Source: Armatimonadota bacterium (lineage in GTDB: Bacteria; Armatimonadota; Zipacnadia; Zipacnadales; FEN-943). Taken from it: a stretch of 37,423 nucleotides of DNA. Position numbers and translations under genes: made by a program. The notes under the pieces are model-generated. The model did no database searches, was not told where the DNA came from, and saw nothing but the letters and a program-made list of their open reading frames with translations. Positions within the stretch are counted from its first letter, which is position 1. Each line of letters opens with the position of its first letter. The stretch lies in NCBI GenBank assembly GCA_003170595.1, contig PMZA01000221.1, forward strand, positions 17,828 through 55,250, given 5' to 3'. This document shows, in pieces, positions 26,301 to 34,000 of the stretch.

Positions 26301-27208
26301 AGCACGCGAACCATGAGCCTCCCATCGACCGGCCCGACGACACTCCTTCCCGGCTCCACATCAAACGCGAATTCCTCCGCCTCCCCGGCCCGCAGGTAAC
26401 GCCGCTCGACGGTGAAGTCGATGGGGGCGATGCGGCGAAACTCCCTCGAGATCTCCTCATCGCTGAGCGCGCGCCGGTAGATGCTCAGGTCGTCGAAGGC
26501 CGCGTTAGCCCGGCCGTCGCGGTTCCATACCTTCGGCATCGATCCCACGTAGAACCGCTGGATGTCGGCCACCTTCGCATGGACCTTCCCCGCCCGCGGG
26601 ATGCCGTTGACGTAGATCTTCGCCCAGCCAGTCTTGTCCCACGTGATCGCCACGTGCCACCAGTCGCCGCGCATCCACGTATTCCGGCACCGCCACGCGA
26701 GCGAGGCCGAGGGCTTGCCGGCCTCCTCGTGCACATCGCAGCGCAGCCAGTTCCACATGAACAGCCAGAGTCGATCGCATCCGCTATCCGGCGCCACGTC
26801 GCGCGTCGTGAAATCCGGCACGTCACGCCCGCCCAGCGCCGAGAAGAGGAAGTACGTGTCGAACTTGATCGGGTCGGTGAAGTACCCGTCCCAGTCGGGG
26901 CTCACCCAGAACATGACCGTGCCGCCGTCGCCGCTGAAATGCTTTCCGCCGTCGTACTCAAGCAGCGGCATCTGCTCATAGGGCCCCTTCCCGTTCTGGC
27001 CGAGGAAGACCGCCTGCCCGGTCACGCCCGGCACGAAGGTCAGACCGCGAGCGGTTGTAGGCACAGGATTCCCATCCACACACACCTCGGCCGTCGCAGT
27101 GCCGTCGAAGGATGCGTGGAAGCTCGGCCCATTATCAGCGCATGCAATCGCGGTCAGACACGCCAGCCCCAGCCCGAACAGCAAAGTCCCTGCGCGACGG
27201 TTCAGCAT
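23318..27208 (-). CDS. Large secreted LamG-like + TIM-barrel (GHL10-like) + malectin-domain protein
   Basis: GAGGA precedes ATG27208 (alternative start 27226); signal peptide. LamG-like 'GTVMFWV..WWHVAITWD..IYVNG..FDDLSIYRRALSDEEI'. Barrel 'NPSHPAVRAAFLKLVGEMLRRYG..FRGIDL'. Malectin-like 'DPALFATE..YRFTVKPGKYTVRLY..V.IEGK'. Confidence 0.72.
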   Translation of the reverse strand: MLNRRAGTLLFGLGLACLTAIACADNGPSFHASFDGTATAEVCVDGNPVPTTARGLTFVPGVTGQAVFLGQNGKGPYEQMPLLEYDGGKHFSGDGGTVMFWVSPDWDGYFTDPIKFDTYFLFSALGGRDVPDFTTRDVAPDSGCDRLWLFMWNWLRCDVHEEAGKPSASLAWRCRNTWMRGDWWHVAITWDKTGWAKIYVNGIPRAGKVHAKVADIQRFYVGSMPKVWNRDGRANAAFDDLSIYRRALSDEEISREFRRIAPIDFTVERRYLRAGEAEEFAFDVEPGRSVVGPVDGRLMVRVLSDADGKVVGQKEFALKLSRRETLKLPVGKLAVGAYRAECVLTRQAGRFQRSFPLTVYQQLPAAPASHDEVKLGERVVSIDCTKTDDGFVESVPSKVKTAPGVGSYREAGESKWDRFGYEVRIPGADGSPVMLEVTWPDDRERAMSFYMIPKSDWAQHRDRLSGGVQCGGEYPNTGTMQTARYLFYPTEEQYLFEVRTLVPGMAAAAAKLEIYRLAERLPRLALDLPRGMTGRSLGHLDEDQSFETNFGGPQDKSFHRSPLPYGYPIQCFEKLLDYMDYTGQDAMSYSLARYTWSHLDEGPVNDVGDGMRVGGWVDLLLEMMGRRGKHLLGNINVWTMPAQGASQEGLEARVKEGYYRVDRNGKTAATGWEDPGLGDNPSHPAVRAAFLKLVGEMLRRYGKYEAFRGIDLWCDGHAPYLYGSLDMGYDDLTVAAFERDTGIKVPAAEKPEGRFAERYTYLTHDKRAEWLAWRARKNTELLAQADAMVRRTRPGLQLQISVSGWYDNSPEYLDAEQCEDFDFSKFAYENVGLDMAAVKKLPSVVLVPMEDGTFYRWLKHWYGGRENITGELNHNVAKFGVFRNGARSGTSIYLRYFESFMESLKQATYKGYFQNSDPKANGRYFLEDFADAMASQDASQILIGAQPLGTMGRDAETREFASAYRALPVGDFKDVAGMSDPVTARYLNTSGGTYLYAVNLLWSPVTATIDMGSGAGPMTIELKPYELKSFRLASPSVKPRGGHVTVPESTRAWFAARVKELQQEVAALAESGADVAPQKQRLADIHKRVAEGRYADAHRLLVSKLVLGIPEFRKAAADGSLKEKAAMIARSEYAIDCGSAAFYRAKSGRLFFPDRKYTVGGYGYDGSCQSVGRSTAGLIGTDDPALFATEAYDLDAYRFTVKPGKYTVRLYLKVGYEPGAKPSVFVMSVAIEGKKVMTDVDLFTACGSDFRKAMVREFRDVEVRDGVLDIEFSVPPGGAVDPTARLCDAIEVIPQQ

Positions 27209-27302
27209 GGTGGATTCCTCTGACATGGTGCCCTAGGCCTTCGATCATCTCGGCGGACAGCAGAAGGTCAATCTCCCGAGAATCAGCGACCATCGAAGAA
27301 CC

Positions 27303-27325
27303 GTAGTCGCAGCCTTCAGGCTGCG
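27303..27325 (+). repeat. GTAG-headed hairpin of a second REP-like type
   Basis: GTAG-T-CGCAGCC-TTCA-GGCTGCG in the divergent intergenic region. Confidence 0.65.
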
Positions 27326-27501
27326 GTTGTGGGCGCGTGGTGGGCCTTTGCTTGCGTCGTCCTCGCGATGGCTCTGGCGCGACTTCAGCCGTCAGTATAG
27401 CCTCGCCCCCGACTTCCTCCCAAGGGGCAGGACATCGCCCCTCGGCCCGGAATTACCGCACGCCCAGTTCCCAGGGCAGTCCCAGTAGCGAGGAGCATCT
27501 C

Positions 27502-28668
27502 ATGGGTTATCTCACGACACAGGAACGAGACAAGCGACTGGCCGCGGTCAAGACAATCATGGCCGGGCACGACCTCGACCTTTGCCTGGTCTACTACGAC
27601 GAGTTCAACATCGGCAACGGCTGGTACCTCACCGGCTGGTGCCCGCAGTTCGAAGCCGGCGCGGTACTCGTGCCCCGCGAGGGCGAGTCGATGATCCTGG
27701 GCGGGCCCGAGAGCGAACCCTTCGCCAAGCTCGATAGCGCCATCCCCGAGACGCGCAACTTCCCGGTCTTCATGGTCCCGGACGAGGAGTACCCCAACGC
27801 CGTGATCCTCGATTTCCCCAAGCTCTTCGCCGAACTCAACGCGAAGCTCGGGAAGATCGGCCGCGTCGGCCTCGTTGGCGCGGGACGCATGCCGGCCGAC
27901 TGCTACCGGCAGTTGTCCGAGGGCTTCACCGGCGTGGACCTGGTCGACGTCACCCGCGATTTCGTGGAACTCCGGTACATGAAGTCGCCCTGGGAGATCG
28001 CCCAGATTCGCGAGGCCTTCAAGCTGGCCGACGTCTGCCACGATGCGATGGTGGCGAAGGTCGCCGCCGGCGTGTCCGAGATCGAGGTCGCCGCGGCGGG
28101 AGAATTCGCCGCCCGTTCGCGTGGCGCCAGCGGCTTCGGCTTCTCTGCCATCGTCGGCAGCGGCGCGAGGAGCAACGCGGTCGTCCCCACCGCCAGCGCA
28201 AAGAAACTCATCGCCGGCGAATCGGTCATGCTCGGCATCGCGCCCAAAGTCCAGGGCTACGCCGGCACCTTCGGCCACACCCTCCCGGTCTCCGGCAGCA
28301 ACACCGCCCAGCAGGACGAATGTCTGAAGCATCTGAAGGAGGCCTTCTGGCTGACCCGCGAGCAGTTGGTCGTCGGCAAGACCGGCAAGGAAGTCGACGC
28401 CCCGGCCCGCGCGTATTTCGAGAAGCACGGCTTCTCGAAATACCTGGTCTGCCCCTTCGCCCATACCGTCGGCCTGCACGAAGCCGAGTCACCCTTCTTC
28501 GGCCCGGGCAGCGAGGACGTGCTGGTGCCCGGGATGACCGTCTGCATCGACGTCAGCTTCTTCGGCCACCCGGACTTCAACGGCGCCCGGATCGAGACGG
28601 GCTACGAGATCACCGCCGCCGGCGCAGTCCCGTTCAGCGAGAAGATGGAGAAGCTCTTCGCGCTCTAG
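27502..28668 (+). CDS. M24 (Xaa-Pro peptidase/creatinase) fold protein with degenerate metal ligands
   Basis: GAGGAG + ATG27502. Creatinase-N-like N-terminus, 'LRYMKSPWEIAQIREA', 'GVSEIEVAA', 'IVGSG', 'AHTVGL', 'LVPGMTVCID', 'GARIE'. Confidence 0.85.
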   Translation: MGYLTTQERDKRLAAVKTIMAGHDLDLCLVYYDEFNIGNGWYLTGWCPQFEAGAVLVPREGESMILGGPESEPFAKLDSAIPETRNFPVFMVPDEEYPNAVILDFPKLFAELNAKLGKIGRVGLVGAGRMPADCYRQLSEGFTGVDLVDVTRDFVELRYMKSPWEIAQIREAFKLADVCHDAMVAKVAAGVSEIEVAAAGEFAARSRGASGFGFSAIVGSGARSNAVVPTASAKKLIAGESVMLGIAPKVQGYAGTFGHTLPVSGSNTAQQDECLKHLKEAFWLTREQLVVGKTGKEVDAPARAYFEKHGFSKYLVCPFAHTVGLHEAESPFFGPGSEDVLVPGMTVCIDVSFFGHPDFNGARIETGYEITAAGAVPFSEKMEKLFAL

Positions 28669-28692
28669 CGATCCGCCTTTGCGGGGCTTGCG

Positions 28693-28746
28693 GAGGGGCC
28701 GAGTAGGGTGCCGACCGAAGGTCAGCGGGTCCCCTACCCGGCCCTC
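28693..28746. repeat. Long imperfect inverted repeat containing GTAGGG...CCCTAC
   Basis: Left arm GAGGGGCCGAGTAGGG pairs with right arm CCCTACCCGGCCCTC (one bulge, one mismatch). Inner hairpin GACC-GAA-GGTC. Confidence 0.65.
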
Positions 28747-28787
28747 GCTTTGGCCTTCGCCTTTCGCCTTGATGGTTTCTGCTTGCT

Positions 28788-28812
28788 GTAGGGCGGGGCT
28801 TTACGCCCCGCC
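28788..28812 (+). repeat. GTAG-type REP-like element, copy 5
   Basis: GTAG + GGCGGGGC-TTTAC-GCCCCGCC, identical to copy 3. Confidence 0.88.
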
Positions 28813-28865
28813 GCGCTCTTGATCCGCACGTCCCGCTTCTTAGAACGTCGAGGAGCCTTTACTCG

Positions 28866-30884
28866 TTGCCAGACCAACCCGACCCTGACCCTATCACCAA
28901 TATCGCACCAACGCCGGCCCCTACGCCGTCGCCCGCGATCGCCAAGGACCCGCGCATGCGCGGGCTCACCCTGCGCTCGGGCCTCATCGCCCTCATCCTC
29001 ATCCCCGTCAACGCCTACTGGGTGATCATGATGGAGGTGGTCCGTTATGAGGGCCACCCGACCACGATCTCCCTCTTCTTCAACACCGTCTTCCTCCTCG
29101 CCGTCCTCTCGGCCGCCAACAGCCTCTTCGCCCGCGTCTGGCCCAGGATCGCCCTCCACCGCAACGAGCTACTGGTCATCTACTGCATGCTCTGCATCTC
29201 CTCCGCCCTGGGCAGCCACGACCTCATCGAGGTCCTCACGCCTCAGATCATCTGCCCCTACGAGTTCGCCACCCCGGAGAACAAGTGGGAAGACCTCTTC
29301 TTCAAGCAGCTTCCGCCCTACCTGTTCGTCAACAACCCCAAGATCTACGATCCCGCCTTCCTCGGCGGCACGACCTTCGGCACCGTCGCCCGCCTGCAGG
29401 CTTGGTCGACGCCCCTGCTCAACTGGGGTGCCTTCCTCTTCGCCCTCACCCTCGTGATGCTGGGCATGAACTCCATCCTTCGCCGCCGCTGGACTGAACG
29501 CGAGAGGCTGACTTACCCCATCACGTACTTGCCCATCGAGATGACCACCACTAACGGTGGGCTCTGGCGCAACTGGTGGATGTGGGGCGCCTTCATCGTC
29601 GTGGCCCTGATCACCACGGTCAACAACCTGCACAACCTCTACCCGATGGTGCCCCTCATCAAGACGCGGGTCATCCACTACGACGCCTACATGGCCTCGA
29701 TCTTCCAGGGCTTCCCCTGGTACGCCCTCGCCGGTACCCGCATCAGCTTCTACCCCTTCGCCATCGGCATGGGCATGCTCCTGCCCACCGACCTCGCCTT
29801 CTCCTGCTGGTTCTTCTACCTCTTCTGGGCGGCGCAGAGGCTCCTTGCGACCGTCCTTGGGCTAGGCGGCATCCCTGAGTTTCCCTATGTCGCCGAGCAG
29901 TCGGCCGCGGCCTACATCGCCCTCGCCCTCTTCGCGCTTTACATGGCCAAGGACCACCTTCGCGACGTCTGGGATGGCCTGCGCGGTCATCTTACTTCCG
30001 GCGACGCTAGCGACCAGGGCGAGCCCATGCGCCACCGCGTCTCGGCGTGGATGATCGGCCTGAGCCTCCTCTTCCTCCTCGGCTTTTCGCTGAGGATGGG
30101 CATGTGGGCTTCCGTCGCCATCGCGGTCTTCATGATCTACTTCCTGTATTCCCTGACCATCACCCGCGTCCGCGCCGAGCTTGGTCCGCCCGCCCATGAT
30201 CTCCACATGGCCGGCCCCGACCAGGTCCTCACCAACATCCTCGGCAGCAACGGCCGCATCCTCCCGGCGAAACAGCTTGTGGACCTGAAGCTCTACTTCT
30301 GGTTCAACCGCGCCTACCGCTCGCACCCGATGCCCATCCAGCTCGAGTCCTTCAAGATCGCCGACCACGTCGGCATCCCCCTCGGCGCGATGAATCAGGC
30401 CCTCATCATCGCCGCGGTCCTGGGCATCATCTCCGCCTTCTGGGCTGAGACGCAGGTCTACTACGTCTACGGCATCTCGACGAAGATGAGCTTCGTCGCC
30501 AAGATTTTCGGCACCGAGCCTTTCGGCCAGCTTCAGTCCTGGCTGAGCAACGGCCAGCCGCCCAACTTCGGCAAGGCCGGCGCCTACGTTGTGGGTCTCG
30601 TGGCGACGCTGGTGGGCATGGCGCTACGGGTGCGCTACCTGTGGTGGCCCTTCCACCCGGTCGGCTACGCGATCTCGTCGAGTTGGTCGATGAACTGCCT
30701 GTGGCTGCCGATCTTCATCGCGTGGCTGGTGAAGTGGGCGGTGCTGAGGTACTTCGGCTATCAGAGCTACCAGAAGGTCATCCCGGTGGCGCTTGGATTG
30801 ATCCTCGGCGAGTTCCTCGTCGGCGGAGCCTGGCTCCTGGCCGGCTGGATCTTCAACTTCAACGCCTACGCCTTCTGGGTCTAG
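28866..30884 (+). CDS. Polytopic membrane protein, DUF6785/DUF6784-like (putative transporter)
   Basis: GAGGAG (28850-28855) + TTG28866. Many hydrophobic segments. Motifs 'ELLVIY', 'RRRWTERERLTYPI', 'TRVRAELG', 'WWPFHPVGY', 'GLILGE' recalled from this family. Confidence 0.8.
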   Translation: MPDQPDPDPITNIAPTPAPTPSPAIAKDPRMRGLTLRSGLIALILIPVNAYWVIMMEVVRYEGHPTTISLFFNTVFLLAVLSAANSLFARVWPRIALHRNELLVIYCMLCISSALGSHDLIEVLTPQIICPYEFATPENKWEDLFFKQLPPYLFVNNPKIYDPAFLGGTTFGTVARLQAWSTPLLNWGAFLFALTLVMLGMNSILRRRWTERERLTYPITYLPIEMTTTNGGLWRNWWMWGAFIVVALITTVNNLHNLYPMVPLIKTRVIHYDAYMASIFQGFPWYALAGTRISFYPFAIGMGMLLPTDLAFSCWFFYLFWAAQRLLATVLGLGGIPEFPYVAEQSAAAYIALALFALYMAKDHLRDVWDGLRGHLTSGDASDQGEPMRHRVSAWMIGLSLLFLLGFSLRMGMWASVAIAVFMIYFLYSLTITRVRAELGPPAHDLHMAGPDQVLTNILGSNGRILPAKQLVDLKLYFWFNRAYRSHPMPIQLESFKIADHVGIPLGAMNQALIIAAVLGIISAFWAETQVYYVYGISTKMSFVAKIFGTEPFGQLQSWLSNGQPPNFGKAGAYVVGLVATLVGMALRVRYLWWPFHPVGYAISSSWSMNCLWLPIFIAWLVKWAVLRYFGYQSYQKVIPVALGLILGEFLVGGAWLLAGWIFNFNAYAFWV

Positions 30885-30911
30885 TACTGACCCGCTGGGC
30901 GTTGGCTTGCT

Positions 30912-30936
30912 GTAGGGCGGGGATTTATTCCCCGCC
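30912..30936 (+). repeat. GTAG-type REP-like element, copy 6
   Basis: GTAG + GGCGGGGA-TTTAT-TCCCCGCC, followed by GCGCTTTT. Confidence 0.88.
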
Positions 30937-31063
30937 GCGCTTTTCGCCTTTGCCCTTCCGCTCTTCGCCCTTCCGCACATCGCCCGAAGGACCGTCGCCC
31001 TTCCCATCGAAGCTTACCGCGCGTAGACTCAGCCTTGGCCTTACCCTTGGAGGCATCCGTCTC

Positions 31064-34000
31064 ATGCCGTTCTTCAGGCGAGGGCACATGTCAGTCGCCA
31101 TCGCGTTTCTCCTGGCCACGTCCTTCGCCCACGCCAACACCTGGGGCGTCCTCACCCGCGACGGCGGGGGCCGCCAGGTCGCGCCCTACCTCTCCTCCCT
31201 CGCCAGCGGGGAGCCCTCTGTCGGCGCCCTCCGTTCCACGACCTTCAAGCTCGACGCCGACACGATCTCCTTCACGATCTGCGGCTGGGACGGCGCGCCG
31301 GGCCAGCCTCGCCTGCGCAACCACTTCGCCCTCTGCGACGCTGAGAGCGGCCTCGCCCTCCGCCAGGTCTCGCCGCCCGCCACCGACGCGATGACCCCGG
31401 TCCACTGGGACGTCGTCGAGCTTATCGGCCGCCAAGTCTACTTCCGCGCCATCGATGGCGTGTCCGACCAGGCCTTCGCCTGGATGGGCGTAGCCGACGT
31501 GCGCGTTGGCGACCGCGACCTCACGCCCAGGCTCACTCCCGGCCACCTGCCCGCGGGGTGGACCGAGGAGTCCCGCCCGCCCGGCTTATCTGTGGACGAC
31601 TGGCTGGCCTGCAAGCCGGCCTCGTCCCGCCTGGCGATCGAGATGGATAGCACGGCGCCCACCTGGGGTGTCATCACGATCAACGGCGAGCGGCGCGAGT
31701 GCAAGCCCTACCTGTCCTCCCTCCGCGGCGGGGAAACTGGCACCGGCGCCGTCCGTTCGCCCGTCTTCGTCCTCGCCTCGCCCAAGTACACTTTCGTCGC
31801 CATGGGCGCCGACAGCCCCACCTGCGACGCCGGCCTCAACTCCTTCCAGCTTGTCGACGCGACCACCTTCGAGGTCCTGCGCACGGCCGAGCCGCCGGGC
31901 GGCAACACCCTCGTCCCGCTGTCGTGGAACACCTCCGACCTGGTCGGACGCCGCGTCTTCTTCCGCGCCGTCGACACCAACACCGCCGGCGGCTATGCCT
32001 GGATGGGCTGCGACGACGTGCCCCTCGGTGCGGGCAAGGTTGCCCACTTCGCCGACTCCGCCGCCCTCACTGGTTGGCGCGAGGAGGGCCAGCCCGAGAG
32101 CCTCCTCGCGGGTGTGGCCGCCGCCCCACGCAGCCTCCGCGAGATGGTCGAGGCCGAGTGGCTCAACGAGGATGTCCGCCGCGGCGTCCGTTGGTCGCTC
32201 TGGGAGCAGAACCCGCCAGCCGCGCCCTATCTCCTGCACCGGCTCGTTGTCATCATGGACGCCGACTTCGCCCGCGCCCGATCGCTCCTGCGTGACTTTG
32301 CCGGCGCGGGAGTGAAGCCCGACGATCTGGCCGCCTTCCGCGCCACCTTCACCCGGTTGAACCAGCGCTTTTCCGCCCTCCAGGGCAAGCCGCAGGGCAT
32401 CAAGGACTGGCAGGCTCTCCGCCACGACCAGCGCGTCGCCCTCCGCGACCTGGCCTTCCGCAACCCGCGCCTGTCCTTCCCGGCGCTCCTTTTCGTCAAA
32501 CGCTTCACGCAGCAGAGCTATTCCGACATCAACGTCAACCACCACGCCTGGGGCTCGCGTCCGGGCGGCGATCTTTGCCTCCTCACCGGCTTCGGTGCGA
32601 ACGGTGATCCCAAGGTCCGCCCGCTTCTCAGTGGCCGCCTCGGCCCCGGCAATGTCCACGGCATCGACCTCGACTTCGACGCCTCACGCATCGTCTTCGC
32701 CTACGCCCAGTCACTCACCGACCAGCCGCCCGACGGCTGGCTGAGCCGTCAGGCCACCTTTGACCTTCACCGCACCGTCGGCCTCCTCCACCTCTACGAG
32801 ATGTCTCCCGACGGCTCCAGGTTGACCCAGCTCACCCGCGGCGAGTGGAGCGATCTCAACCCCTGCTATCTTCCCAACGGCGACCTCGCCTTCGAGTCCG
32901 AGCGTTGCGCCCTGGAGATCGAGTGCAACGAGGGCGACAAGGACGAGCCGACGACCAATCTCTACGCCTACCGCCGCGCCGGCGGCACTATCGACCGACT
33001 GACCCTCACCAAGGACGGCGACTGGTACCCCCGCGTCCTTCCCGACGGCAGCATCGTCTATTCGCACTGGGAGTACCAGGAACGCAGCCTGATGTTCATG
33101 CACTCCCTCTGGTTCTGCCGCCCCGATGGCACCGGCGCCGACAATTTCGTCAAGCAGCACTTCGACTATCCGGTGACGCTGACCGTGCCTCGCCCTATCC
33201 CCGGCAGTGAGAAGCTCCTCGCCATCGCCGGCGGCCATCACACCCTCGCCGCCGGGCCCGTGGTCATCGTCGATCGCGCGAAGGGCATGAACAACCCCGA
33301 CTGCCTCGAGCGCGTCACCGGCCCCGACGTCTGGCCCGAACTCGGCGGCGCCGCCCCGGGCCCATCGACCGCCGGCTGGCACGCCTCGCCCGGTCAGGGC
33401 TGGTACATGGACCCCTATCCGCTCTCGGCCACGACCTACCTCGCGTCCTATTGCGACGGCGGCATGCAGGACGAGGCGGGCTACGCGCTCTATCTGATGG
33501 ACGTCTACGGCGGCAAGGAACTCCTCTACCGCGATCCCTCCATCTCCTCGGTCATGCCCATCCCGCTCAAGCCGCGCATGCGCCCGCCCAACCTGTGGAG
33601 CAACCGCGATCCAAAGATGGCCGACGCCCGCCTTATCGCCACCAACGTGGCCTCCGGCGTCGAGGGCGTGGCCCCCGGCGAAGTAAAGTTCCTCCGCATC
33701 GCCGAGCCCGTGCCCTGGTCCTATAGCAACGTCACTGGCGGCCAGCGCTACGATCCCGACGCCAAGGCCACGGGCGTCAACTGGACCCCGGTGCGCATCC
33801 TCGGCACCGTCCCGGTCGAGGCCGACGGCTCCGCGCAGTTCCGCGTCCCGGCCGACACGGGCCTCTACTTCCAGGCCCTCGACGCCCAGGGCCGCGAGGT
33901 CCGCCGCATGCGGACCTACATCAGCTTCCGCGCCGGCGAGGTGCGAAGCTGCACTGGCTGCCACGAGACCCGCAACGAGGCGCCCTCCATCCCGCGCAGC

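Noticed and set aside
27337-27501. N-terminal extension of the M24 ORF, or a possible riboswitch/leader
   Set aside because: GAGGAG + ATG27502 fits the family start. I see no recognisable riboswitch consensus or terminator in the leader.
30641-31063. N-terminal extension of the 1386-aa ORF
   Set aside because: It overlaps the membrane-protein gene and runs through a REP and low-complexity linker. The RBS and signal peptide point to ATG31064 or ATG31088.
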